Source: Phoronis australis
Lineage: Eukaryota; Animalia; Phoronida
NCBI GenBank assembly: GCA_002633005.1
Contig: NMRA01000545.1
Location: 93,690 to 157,689 of the forward strand
Direction: 5' to 3'
Length of the DNA stretch: 64,000 bases
Made by a program: the position numbers and the translations under genes. Shown piece after piece: positions 40,601 through 50,978 of this stretch (positions are counted from its first letter, which is position 1; every line of letters begins with the position of its first letter). The notes under the pieces are model-generated. The model made no database searches and had not been told where the DNA came from. It saw only the letters and a program-made list of their open reading frames with translations.

Positions 40601-43600
40601 GTCCGTGGCTAAATTCCTCCACCACACTATCTCGACAGGACCCGGGTCAGTGCATTCCTTGTCATTGAAAGTGTAGTACCACCGACAGCAGCCATTCGTT
40701 TGATTGTAAGCAGAGCGGATTGTCGCCCTGAACTGAACTCGTAATGACGTCACGTCGTGCTGTTTCTTGTAAGTGACAGTCTAGAAGAAAGAAAGTCTGC
40801 GAGTTTCTTATGATTTTATTTAGCATCGTCGAAGGAATTTGTGAACCATGTTTGACTACTATATGATTTTAATAATCATCAATCAGACTAAATTACAAGG
40901 GTTCAACCCTAATTGTCTATACCAACGTTTTGTTTGGGTAGGCGCGAAACATTTGCCAAGAATGGTTTACAACACAATCTTAAGAGTGCAGTACCGTTCA
41001 AAGAATGCAAAAATTCATACAGGGGGTGATAAACCCTGTGACGCAGATTTCGTTCATATTGTGCATTTTAGCTAACTTTCTTACTTATCACATTTATTAG
41101 CTTTAATCAGGTACCACAGATTTAAAGAAAAAAAAACACACGAAACAGTACCCCTATATCTCACGTTTTGATGCAATATCAGTAATTGCTCTCCTGAGCC
41201 CCTCAGGTGAGTAAGTCAGTATCAGACTATCTGAAATTTTTCAAAGTGAGCACTCAGCGCTGCAAAGGGCATGGCGGCTGATTCGAGACAACAGAGAGAT
41301 TGCTTACCACAGTTTGTCTCTGAGAACTTTGACTATTTGCGTAAGCCCTCAAGCTCTGTTTGCGAACATATAGAGATCAAGGAAAAATCTGTCCACCCTG
41401 AACACAACCAAGACTTCAAAGCCAAGCCTGAGGTCTTGCTGGAAATAACTGATCATTGGGGAACACAGTTTGCAGATTGCAGCTGGGCCATGTTAGCTAT
41501 TATTGACCTCAGTCAGTAAATGTTCTAAATTTGTTTGCAATACCACTGTTTGTTTTGTCAGGATTGTCATCTGAGAACAGTTTAAACTTAAAGTGATCCA
41601 ATCCCGTAAAATAACAACAATAGCCACTCCCTGAAACAACACAGCGCCCTCTCTGTATTTACCCACAATGCTCGCGCAGTTATGAACACAGGGCCTCGCA
41701 CGACTGATGTGTCTGTAGACTCCGTCTAACATGCACACCCAAAACATGGCTCACGGACTTACAGTTTACGGACCAAAACCAAAGTTTTTGTAACCACAAA
41801 CGTACAGCAGACTCCTCGCTGAACGTGTTCCATTTACCTTTAAGAGATAAGTTCCCGAAATGAGCTGAGTCTGGTATTGCAGAAAAACAATTTTCTCCCA
41901 CAGCAACCACAAGACGGAGAGGGAGAGGGGTGGAGGACCGGATGATCATTCGAAGAATCAGACAGCTGGGAGTAAACAACTTGGGATAACATTGGGATAT
42001 CATATTTGTGGTCTCTCGACAACTTCGAGCCATCCTTCAAAGCCTACAACGTGACTTCATATACCCATGTGCACTGTAATCCATCGTTTGCGAATTCGTC
42101 TAGAACAAACAAGTGAAAAGAGAAAGAAAGAAAGAAAGAAAGAAAGAAAGGTACATATTTTTATTACAGTAAATGCAGAATCGTGTGCATGTAATGTCCT
42201 TTGTCACTTACCACTATTGTTCCATTATCCTGAGGTGAGTTAAAGTTAGGCCAATACCACTGGCGTATGTTGGAAACGGGAATCTCCTCACAGTCTGTGA
42301 GATTGGCTAAAGCGATAATGTTATTTGCCATTAATATTTCATGTGTACAAATGCCATTTTTATTCCCACATGTATATTTACAGTTGTCATTGTCATCTAT
42401 CTTTACCTTCATCACTCTTTGGTTAGGTTTAATTACGTAGTTATAGTATTTATAATGGATATCTGTAAACACGTGTGTAATAATAAAACAGCGTAGAATA
42501 AAAATTATAACCACATAATTAAACATAAAATAAATAAATAAGAATACACAGGTTACCAGGTTAACATAAAAAACTTGACAATTTGTATCCATGGTGATCT
42601 ATACAAAAAGCATAATACAGACAACATGAGACAATTACTTACACGTGAGAGAGATGATCACTGAATGAATAAATCAACTAATACATTTTGATCCTTGAGT
42701 GTGGAGGAAGTTTTATAAAAATCCCTCTTTTAGTGTAAACTATACAAAGATATGCCAGTTTCAATACAAAGTGCTGCATAAGATCCTTCCTGCAAACGCT
42801 TGGTCATTTGAAATTAATTACGTTGATTCTGATTCTTGTACTGTCTGTGAGAAGGAATGTGATACAATCGAACACTCATTTCTAGATTGTTGTATCACGC
42901 GCTCTTTTTGGTGCAATATTGAGAACCTGTTTACAGCAACGATCGACTCCAAACTCCATTTGGAAAAAATATAAGTTTTGGAACTCTGTTTAAAAAGAGA
43001 AAACAAAGTACTCAACTGGTTTCTACTGCACGCGAAATATTACATTTCAAAAATTAAAAAGAATGCCTCAACTTTAAATGTGTTTATTTACAGGTAAAAA
43101 ATATTTTTCTAACAGAAAAAATATGCCATTGGGCAAAAAACCGTCGAATGTTGAGAGCACCTTCCATCCGAACAAATACCGCATCATCGGAAAGAGGAGG
43201 GGGAACCAAGGTCAACAGAAAACGGATAAACAAAATACGAAAGGTTAGAAAAATATATAAACGAAACAATATTGATTTATTTAAATATAAATTGCCGTGT
43301 TACCGCAAACTTTTCTCTCTCGGTAGACAAAAAAAAAACATTACACGTTTTCACGAAATAGTAAAGAGGTGCAATCATCAATATTTAAGTTGGCTTCAAA
43401 AGTTTTAGAAATATTACAGCCTAAAAAAATATCCAGTTTTATAGTACTGAAGGTTAGTTAAGACCCTAGAGACATTTGTTTACAACGTAGTGTGCAAGAA
43501 CGCCTTTTCAAGGACGTCACTGATGACACCACGTGTCAAGGGATTACGAATACGTTATTTTTTCATTTGATAATTAATTTGCCAAGTAAGTATTTGTGTT

Positions 43601-46177
43601 CAGCACATACGGCTGCCGTTTTACACGTTGCACTCGCTCACATTCATTAAGTAAGGCTTCAAAAAGTGATTTTACAATAACGGTGTTATATTGTAAACGA
43701 GCTATTGTTAAGAATATGCGACTACTAAAATTAGCGGCCAATATCAGTACCCCGTCTTCCCCTTTGTATTGAATTATGATGAACGACCATGGTATACTTA
43801 GACCGTCCTGAACGTACGGTGTTTCCCCTCTGCATTTGGTCAGTGTAGTGGAAGGCATTTGCACCACAGTTACGCCAACGTGGTCATTTTAGACGCCGGT
43901 GTTACTTGAGTGATAATATGAGGACAATAAATCACGTTGTACATTCCTTACTTGCCTGTCTTCCCGAGCAGTCATCGAATTGCTTAATCCTGTGTTGCAC
44001 CTCGGATTATTTGCTATAAATCGCATGGAATTCCTAAAAGGTCATACGCTCTTGGCGTCAGAAACTAATTCGCCAGGAAGAGCAGCTTTAAGACCCTGGT
44101 TAGAAGTAACAAAGACTGTCAGTTCTTCTCTCGCTGAGAAAAGAACAGTAGCAATTTCTTTAACAGTGAATGACCGAAATCAAACCTTTGTTTTTGACAA
44201 GTGTGTTTTTGTTATCATTTCAACATTAAGACACCAAAGCGAGGGGTTGCGCAATGCAAAATATCCGGGAAACTTGCGTTGAAATTTTTCGTTTACGGAA
44301 TGGAAATCGCGAATTTTCTTCCATCATGCTCACTCAGACCGGCCAACTAATCATTTCAGTAGCTGCCATTCTGCTCGTCCGTGTTAGCAAGGTCCCGAGC
44401 TTACTTGTGTAACGCTCGCTTACATTTGCGCGACCTCGTCAATCTCGTAACAAATTTTCTGTACAAAATGAGGCTTGATGATTTGTAATTTTTGCGAAAA
44501 TGAGACCGAACGCATTAGGTTTACATTTTGACTGTCCTGCTTTGAAGGCAAAAACATAGGTGGTTCTGGTCTTTTTAAAATTGAGTCGGTTGTGCGGTAT
44601 TTAGTTGTTTACTTTTTCAAAAAAACAAACAATTCTATCTCATATGAGCAAAGTTGATGCGGAATTCGTTTTTTACTCATAATTTGGCAAATCATGACGT
44701 TTCTCGCCTTGCTTACCCTAGCCTTGCCTACGTGCCATTGTTCGCACACAAAAATACGAGAACTTGGTAACACTTGATGGCGTTTTTTCTTTTTCTTAGT
44801 CGTGGTAAATATCAGAAACAATGGTACTTTTTGGCCAAATAATTTGTTGCATCAAAACTACATTTTTAGGATATGATGTCCATATCAGATACATTTGAAA
44901 TGCCGAATGTAAAGCTTGCAGTCATGGCAGACATGTCTTTATGGGGTTTAGTAATACGCACTGACACAGACGTGTCTTTATGGTGTTTAGTAATACGCAC
45001 CGACACAGACGTGTCTTTATGAGGTTTAGTAATACGCACCAACACAGACGTGTCTTTATGCGGTTTAGTAATACGCACCGACACAGACGTGTCTTTATGA
45101 GGTTTAGTAATACGCATCGACACAGACGTGTCTTCATGAGGTTTAGTAATACGAACCCACACAGACTCCGATCCCATTGTCGCAATCTTTGCGACACGTA
45201 TGATCACCGGCGGTACACGATCTAGAGGTGCACTCGGAACTCGAGTCATGTTTGTTGCTATTTATCTGGAACAGAACAGAAATATATCACACAATTGATA
45301 CACTGTGATCCTTAATTTGAGCAAAAGTCTTTGTTACTTTTCAATGGAAGAGGAGCTCAGTGTTCACATTTTAAGAAAATATCACATGGAAATATAATAA
45401 TATCAATTTATAGGAAAACGTAACGTTTATAGTGAAAAATCCAGAAATGCACAGAAGATTGATGAAAAATAGTGATTTCCCTTAGTGGACCGTTTCACAA
45501 TAATACCGAAATTTTAGACTTTCTCTAATATAGTTTTAATCCATCGTTACGCCTCTGTGAAAATATCGTTGTCAAGTTACGTTCTTTGAGACAAGCACGT
45601 AGCAAACAACAACACCTGATTGTAGCGAAAGAACGACATAACAACATAAAATGACTATAAACACTCCTTCCGACAAAAACATCTCATTCAGACAACTAAC
45701 CATTATGAAACTGACCTTAGATTCAGGGCATGAAAAGAATTGACGGGCTAGTGCAGGTTCTACAAAACAATTTCTCACGGCTATTTTGTGCTCCGAGCAT
45801 GTTCTCAAATAATAAATGACTCTCAGTTAATTTCCAACCCATAGCTTTGACGATCTCGGACAATGTGGTGTGACAGGATCTTCAACACTCAAATCAAAAG
45901 CTTCTTTGGTAACGGAATGCTGCTTATTTCAGCATTAATAGAGGGTTTATTTTCTGGCTATACAAACACACGCACGCAATGACAACTTTATTGTCGGGCT
46001 ATACAAACACACGCACGCAATGACAACTTTATTGTCTGGCTATACAAACACACGCACGCAATGACAACTTTATTGTCTGGCTATACAAACACACGCACAC
46101 AATGACAACTTTTTGCTGATATGTTAGTTAAAGTAATAGTAATAATGATAATAATAATGAAGATAATGATACTACTA

Positions 46178-46208
<31 letters not shown>

Positions 46209-46249
46209 TGCTGCTGCTACAACAATAACAAGTTCTACTACTATTACTG

Positions 46250-46284
<35 letters not shown>

Positions 46285-46947
46285 TATTATTAATTATCAT
46301 CATCATCATAATCATCATCATTATCCTTATCATTATCATTATCATCATTATCATCATCATTATTATCATTATCATTATAATCATCATCATCATCATCATC
46401 ATTATCATTACCATTATAATAAGTATTATTATTATCACCATTATCATTATCATTATTATTATTATTATAACAATAATTTTAATAATAGGAAGGCGGCTAT
46501 GAATTTCACTGTAAATATATGTTTCCCTTGTAGTCAAAGCGACGTTCAAAGACGAGGAAATCATACCAATTCAGGTTGAACCGCCAACAGGTGCTTGCAG
46601 TCCTCAGTCAACACTTTACCAACGTCTGTGACTGTGTTGGTGGATGCCGTCCTTTCATTTGGCCAGTAATTTGACAAGTAGCACATTCGAGACCCATCGA
46701 GCCAGTAGGCGGACCCGCATCGCTCTCGTCTACACAACACCGTACATTCTATTTCACTACGAGCCGCAAAGGCAGCATAGTATTCGAGAACAGAACGAAT
46801 AGGTATTTTGGTCGCGGTGTTATAAAAACCATCTTCTTTAGGTTGACATGTATTAACTTGTTGTCCGTACATGGACGACTGACTGGAGACACATGGAACA
46901 GCAGTCAAATAGATACCGACCACAAGTATCCTTGAACACGCATCCAT
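10473..46947 (-). CDS. 12-exon gene for a secreted multidomain protein: SP-PAN-EGF-like-CTHRC1_C-FN2-CTHRC1_C-CTHRC1_C (~745 aa, no collagen repeat)
   Basis: Hand-spliced exons on the minus strand: 46947-46567, 45265-45157, 42462-42212, 40780-40582, 34272-34114, 31871-31704, 31317-31235, 29273-29072, 24187-24035, 18351(or 18291)-18185, 17573-17357, 10621-10473. All introns are GT-AG and all phases match. The total is 2238 nt, open from ATG to TAG. Domains were recognised from motif memory, not by search. Confidence 0.85.
10716..11050 (+). repeat. TTAA-flanked interspersed repeat end, related to a copy at about 47465-47790
   Basis: Shared blocks acaaatcgccagttctcg and aaaattactYttctcgRcgaKaatgt. 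Both copies begin TTAA|AG, which is Kolobok-like. Confidence 0.55.
12573..16458 (+). mobile_element. Full-length non-LTR retrotransposon, Ingi/I group (APE-RT-RNase H-CCHC), inactivated
   Basis: APE motifs ICIQET and GSDH with an internal deletion. RT motifs PGKDG, SYRHISLLS and GVPQGS. RNase H motifs YTDG and PSHCGISGNEEAD. C-terminal CPCG...EHLLQSC. (GAA)5 tail. 13-bp TSD GTAACGATCTTTC at 12560-12572 and 16459-16471. Confidence 0.93.
17357..17573 (-). CDS. Exon 11: core of CTHRC1_C domain 3
   Basis: SVTYVKQSSLSQLRIYYQGDIR...GCSRWYLTFNGNECSNPGPIAG. Phase 0 to 1. Confidence 0.9.
18185..18351 (-). CDS. Exon 10: linker plus start of CTHRC1_C domain 3 (alternative in-frame acceptor at 18291)
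   Basis: Ends HNIHQWWWWSLSDGTDEGPILLI|GTAAGT. Two phase-1 acceptors, ctcccccag and ctattgcag, lie 60 nt apart. Confidence 0.75.
18428..21800 (+). mobile_element. Decayed Ty3/Gypsy LTR retrotransposon with 5' LTR and PBS, 3' truncated
   Basis: TG...CA segment at 18428-18544. PBS TGGTGGCAGCGGTGGGATT at 18545-18563 is complementary to a tRNA-Leu 3' end. Gag knuckle remnants, protease VDSGA, RT TTFRTPFG...RLPMGL, RNase H SDHRPL and integrase zinc-finger remnants carry many frameshifts. Confidence 0.88.
21810..22016 (+). mobile_element. CR1/L2-like LINE endonuclease fragment
   Basis: SVSDHLLVYFTR...KTIDVRS resembles an APE C-terminus. Confidence 0.5.
23340..23480 (+). mobile_element. Short Penelope GIY-YIG-like relic
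   Basis: SAFCEHFNTNRSIFDSNNVITLDQ resembles the PLE SAxxEH...FDxxNVxILD motif. Confidence 0.35.
24035..24187 (-). CDS. Exon 9: end of CTHRC1_C domain 2
   Basis: VTGMCNNIRAGLISVQIYV...HTGWHQMSRLIIEEI closely matches the CTHRC1 TGWNSVSRIIIEEL motif. Confidence 0.88.
25740..26920 (+). mobile_element. Polinton/Maverick-type protein-primed DNA polymerase B pseudogene fragment
   Basis: CDIEVP, LLATPL, QVVEYTP, ARR...IIADTMKLLGNS/AYGK (motif B), YQYAKLR..FY and NMDADNAY (degenerate DTDS). Contains stops and frameshifts. Confidence 0.85.
29072..29273 (-). CDS. Exon 8: core of CTHRC1_C domain 2 (divergent)
   Basis: SFDYYKRDPATAIHVIY...KYTIKFDGKDCSSPGIIDG. Phase 0 to 1, GTATGT donor. Confidence 0.82.
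31235..31317 (-). CDS. Exon 7: start of CTHRC1_C domain 2
   Basis: Acceptor ccattgcag, then GTCPGFSRFNIVQYAWKEEKSEDNGLLY|GTAAGT. Phase 1 to 0. Confidence 0.8.
31704..31871 (-). CDS. Exon 6: fibronectin type II domain
   Basis: GGTASGEACVFPFVYNGKSYSAC...HWCSTTSNYDTDKRWSYC is a canonical FN2 pattern, in a symmetric phase 1-1 exon. Confidence 0.93.
32412..33370. mobile_element. Mutator-like MITE with TIRs of about 280 bp
   Basis: Termini TAGGCAATGAC...GTCATTGCCTA. Arms at about 32412-32695 and 33100-33370. Flanking 9-mers caccaaagg and caccaaaag match at 8 of 9 positions, consistent with a TSD. Confidence 0.8.
34114..34272 (-). CDS. Exon 5: end of CTHRC1_C domain 1
   Basis: IDGICNNFTAGKIGVKLNVMPCSGYIGDCNTGFSGENVGASLTVEE resembles VEGLCEGIGAG...GDASTGWNSVSRIIIEE. 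Phase 1 to 1, GTAAGT donor. Confidence 0.85.
35936..35990 (+). mobile_element. tRNA-derived SINE head relic
   Basis: A-box TGGTGTAGTGG and partial B-box GGTTCG are present, but there is no complete cloverleaf. Confidence 0.4.
37440..40285. mobile_element. Kolobok-type non-autonomous elements forming a ~1.17-kb inverted repeat
   Basis: Outer ends TTAA|AGGAGTATGCCACCC and GGGTGGCATGCTCCT|TTAA. Arms 37440-38610 and 39100-40285 are reverse complements. An internal terminus TTAA|AGGCTAATGCCACCC lies at 38611. Confidence 0.85.
40582..40780 (-). CDS. Exon 4: core of CTHRC1_C domain 1 (absent from the ORF track)
   Basis: Acceptor tttcttctag, then TVTYKKQHDVTSLRVQFRATIRSAYNQTNGCCRWYYTFNDKECTDPGPVEIVWWRNLATDYYRPSR, then A|GTAAGT. 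Matches the CTHRC1 [21 protein letters not shown] motif. Confidence 0.88.
42212..42462 (-). CDS. Exon 3: Cys-containing linker plus start of CTHRC1_C domain 1
   Basis: Acceptor tttacag. Ends SNIRQWYWPNFNSPQDNGTIV|GTAAGT, resembling CTHRC1 [20 protein letters not shown]. Phase 1 to 0. Confidence 0.8.
42690..43130 (+). mobile_element. L1/Tx1-like LINE 3' fragment (zf-RVT region)
   Basis: FQYKVLHKILP...CTVCEKECDTIEHSFLDC...FW. Confidence 0.8.
44930..45167 (-). repeat. 39-bp tandem repeat, about 6 copies, overlapping the exon 2 splice donor
   Basis: Unit gtctgtgtcggtgcgtattactaaacctcataaagacac on the minus strand. Confidence 0.95.
45157..45265 (-). CDS. Exon 2: short Cys-rich EGF-like module
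   Basis: Acceptor ttctgttccag, then INSNKHDSSSECTSRSCTAGDHTCRKDCDNGIGVCV, then G|GTTCGT. Phase 0 to 1. Confidence 0.7.
45946..46110 (+). repeat. 41-bp tandem repeat, 4 copies
   Basis: Unit tttattgtctggctatacaaacacacgcacgcaatgacaac, period 41. Confidence 0.95.
46133..46486. repeat. Compound trinucleotide microsatellite (AAT, CTG, ATC/ATT)
   Basis: Directly visible in intron 1. Confidence 0.95.
46567..46947 (-). CDS. Exon 1: signal peptide plus PAN/Apple-like domain
   Basis: Hydrophobic leader MDACSRILVVGIYLTAVPCVSS. ARSEIECTVLCRRERCGSAYW...MCYLS fits the PAN Cys pattern. Donor TTG|GTATGA, phase 0. Confidence 0.8.
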
Positions 46948-48975
46948 ATTTACCGTATAAGTGTTTTTCAGCGTTGATGCGCACCGTAATATACATGTAC
47001 ACTGTCATAGTTAGGCATAAATATATTCATATGAGCATATGGAATCGTCCAGTAGGCCGCGCACAACCCTTTTCTACCTTTTGAACTGTTCTTGGTGTAA
47101 CGTGGTCTTATGTCAACTATGACACCTGGCGTGCGTTCAGTAACTCTAAGACTTGCGCTANGAGGTCGGGCGATTTTTATCCGATGAGCGCAAGTCTCAA
47201 AATGAGTCTGACCAGAGCCAACCATGCATTTTGAGGCTTTCCCAAATCATTGAGCAGCGATGGGATACCCCGTTTGCCGACATCGCCTACTCGAGGGTTC
47301 TTCATTATTTAATTAAGCATTCTAATTGTGAATTAATTGTTTAGTGTAGCGTGCTTAGTTTATGCGGGTGGGCAATCTACAAACTTGATTTTAATTTGCG
47401 CCTTCTCCAAAACCAAATTCTTCTACATGTAAATATGTCACATATTAAACTCTGTAAGCTGTATTTAAAGGGAAATTATAGTTTTTGCGCAAATTCGGGA
47501 TTATTCTTGTATGGCGATTGACCAGTTATTAGCTTTGACCAGAGTTACAAAACACAAAATCCGCTGTTTTACGATTTTATCACAAATCGCCAGTTCTCGC
47601 CGTTGTCAACGAGACATTCTTCGAAGGAGCCTTACTAACTAATTACGGTTAAATACCAGAATTGCTAATTAAGGCACTGGATTTCGTTCAGCGGTAGAAG
47701 GTTCGGCAGCCACGGCAAAGTTGTTGGGTTCGCCTCGCGCTATCACTGATTTACAAAATTACTTTTCTCGGCGAGAATGTGACGTTTTAAAACATATAGA
47801 GCAAAATGCCCAGTTTCCTGAATTGAATTGTTAATCTATCCGCAGTCTCTGTCGGCAATTTCATTAGTTAATGCATTTTGCACGTAGTTTGGGTGTCGTG
47901 TTACCAATGTTCAGCGTAGTTTTGATTTATTAGTTCCTGTTAGCCAGTATTTCGTATTCAATAACGTACTCTGTTGAGCATTAAGAAAAAAAAGCATTAT
48001 AAAAGCATTATTTTATTAAGTCCTTAGCATTATTTTTCATTTTTCCTCGCCCTCCCTTGTGAGAAGGTTAGGTAAGTTATTGAGATATCTTACATTTTCC
48101 ACTTTTCTTTTAATTGTCGCTGCGCCTCATTTTTGTTGCAAACCTATTTCGGTTTGATAGTTAAAAATTCTTATGTCTGGCTATAAATTAAATGTTTTTG
48201 AGTCTCAAGCTTATTTTACGGTCAAGGGGAATTACGAAGCTTGGTGTTAACTTATATCTTATCGGATATCCAGCACTGAATGTTTGTGTAACATAAAATT
48301 TCCAGTTTTCTATCTGCGCTTGGTAAACCGGTAACCAACGTAACTTGCAGTGAAGCCATTCATTCAGTGCATTTTGCACGCAAGTTTAGTACCCTGCCAC
48401 CAATCTCCGCGTATTTCTGTTTTTGTAAGTTCCCACTCGTCACTATTTCCTCATGTTGGAACCAATGTCACCCATTCCTCCTATACTACGCTAGCTCTTT
48501 CACTGAGCATTTCCACACAATATGGTGGTGCGCGAGTCGCCAAATATTGATATACCACATGCGATGCCTGAACTTACATTACAGCTAGTTCTAAATAAAT
48601 TGCAATCAATGGTTTTTATTTTGGTGTTTCGTTATACATGTTCATAGGAAACTAATTCTGTGATCAGCCTCCATTAAAAGAAACAATTAGAGCTACATGC
48701 AATGGACAGGGGAGGACCCAGGATTTTGAGTTGGTGGGCAGAGCAGAGTATTAGCCAGGATTTTGTCCGTGAGACATTCGCATTCCCGCACTGCCAAATG
48801 AAATCTGGGAGAATTTTAGGGGGGAGCATGGCCCCCTTGGCCCCCTCTCAATCCGCCACTTCTGGTGAAGTGTAACTCGATTAGTAAGTCTACGAAATAC
48901 TGACACATGTATGCTAACGAGTAACGAGTTAGGAGTGAGGACGTGCCCAATTTATGCGTTTGAAAAATTGCTTAA

Positions 48976-50978
48976 TTAAAGTCCTTATCTCAAAGGGCAT
49001 TCTGGTTCAAAAATTAAAAATGTAAACCAAATTAAGTAACATGTAACATGGCATAATGTTCACATCCTTTCTGTTAACAAACTAAAAGCCGTTTTAGCAC
49101 AATTTTGTACCTAAGCCCAGAACGTAAAATCATCGACTATTCCCGTCTATTTCTGTGACCTGAGTTCCTTTGTGTCCGTTCAGGAACGATTCCTGAATGC
49201 CATACAAGTCAAGTTGTCTTTGAAAACGTATTGACATCACCGTGAGCGTAAATGCGTTGTTACATTGTTTGGTTGTTTTTGATTCCCATTAATTTTTGGT
49301 TCTTTTTTGAACAAACTTGATTATTTATTGTCCAAATTTTACCAGCTGTTCTTTGCACATGAAGAATGGTATTTAAAGGCGAAGGCAACCTTTTTCCATG
49401 TCATTTTGAGCTAAAATAAGGTTGGTTGGTTATCCTAGACATATTTTCCACTTAATTACAGCGTTTCGTAATTTTATTAATTACTCGTCCGCTACTCCGG
49501 AAGTGACGTTTTAGGAGGCAAGCATTTCGCGCCAATTTCTTTTCATATTGTCTGACTGTGAGAGCTGCCGAGTCAGTCATTGTTCTACCTCGGTTGTGTT
49601 AAGCTCCGTCGTCGTTTACTTTCATTTACTAGTCAGACAACATGCCACACTGTTGCTACGTACCAGGATGTACTAATTATCGGCTCACGCGCGCTTTGAG
49701 AGTACCTTTGCATCGCTTTCCGATGGATGACACACTTCGCTGTACTTGGCTCGTTCGTGTGAAGAACGCAGCGTTACCCGTCCACGCAACGTACAAAGCA
49801 GTGGAGAATTACCGTGTGTGTGGCAAGCACTTTCTGCCGTCCGATTACGAAAGGGATTTGTACGCTGAACTGATGAAGGTCCCTGCGAAACAACGTCTGA
49901 AGAAGGATGCCATTCCGTCTGTGTTGATTCCCGGCAGTGCCCCGTCGCCACCCCCGAGAAGTGCGTTTTTGAAACNGCCGTGAAATCGAATACTTGGACT
50001 GGCAACCCTACGGCGATCCCGTGTCGATTCTAATGCGGATGTGGTTGTGCTACCACTGGAGCGCTGCGGGTATGGGGGAACCACTGCGGAGCCAGGCAGG
50101 GATTTTAGAAAACTTGGCGATCTTACTGCAGTGCTACTGTGCTCCCAGGGCGGTTTTAGCGGTGTTATTCAGGTGCTTGTATGGCAATGGCGTTTCCAAT
50201 GAGTTTGCACTGAAGTTCATGCAAGGTGCTATTTCGGGCCACTTTTGTAATGTAAAAGCTTCGTGTTTCTCCATAAATTTCAGTGTTCTAAAAGTTTGTA
50301 CTTCAAAAGTTAAATGCTTCATCGTGCTTGTGTTTCTCTTGGAACATATGAAGTACAAGAAATGGATAGTTTCCCACAAATAACAATTAAATAATGATAT
50401 GGAAACAATGGTCAAATTTGATGCCGGATTGTAGTGAGTCCTTTGGAAAAATTTGCTAATTTAATGAACAAACACTAGAGCAAGCAAGTTCCTAAATAAG
50501 AATGTATTAAACACATTTATCCATCTAAAGTTATATAATAACATGTCCATGCACAAATCACACGCAAGGCACAAATCAAACAGTGAACATTAAAGTCCTT
50601 ATCTCAAAGTGCATTCTAGTTAGAAAACTTAAAAATATACACCAAACTAAGTAATATGTAACATGAAACCATGTTCACATCCTTTCTGTTATCAAACTAA
50701 AAGCCTCTTTAGCATAATTTTATTTCTCGGCCGAGATCGGAAAATCATCGACTATTCCCGACTATTTCCGTGACATGACTTCCTGTGTGTCAGTTCAGGA
50801 ACGATTCCTGAATGCCAGCCATGTTGCTCTTGAAAACATACATGTATTGACATCAGCGTGAGCGTGAAGGCGTTGTTACTTTGTTTGCTTGTTTTTGATT
50901 TCCGTTTTGTTTTTATAGAAATTTGACTATTCATTGTTATAATTTTACCTGTTCTTTGCATATGACGAATGGTATTTA
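48976..50978 (+). repeat. Two ~400-bp direct copies (48976-49376 and 50590-50978) of a TTAA-initiated element
   Basis: Both start ttaaagtccttatctcaaag and align through gaatggtattta. Confidence 0.85.
49377..49975 (+). mobile_element. Kolobok-like transposon end with a THAP-domain ORF (49642-49975), cut at an N
   Basis: Terminus TTAA|AGGCGAAGGCAACC. MPHCCYVPGC...HRFP...W...VCGKHF...LKKDAIPSV is a canonical C2CH THAP domain. Confidence 0.8.

Noticed and set aside
41271-42100. Cluster of short ORFs, possibly a decayed transposase or extra exon
   Set aside because: All frames contain stops and no motif is convincing. Exons 3 and 4 already join in phase.
44866-45249. ORFs with VRITKPHKDTSVS or CVLLNLIKTRL repeats
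   Set aside because: They are translations of the 39-bp minisatellite. The supported exon uses the third frame.
46244-46564. Ile/Met-rich hydrophobic ORF
   Set aside because: It is a translation of the microsatellite.
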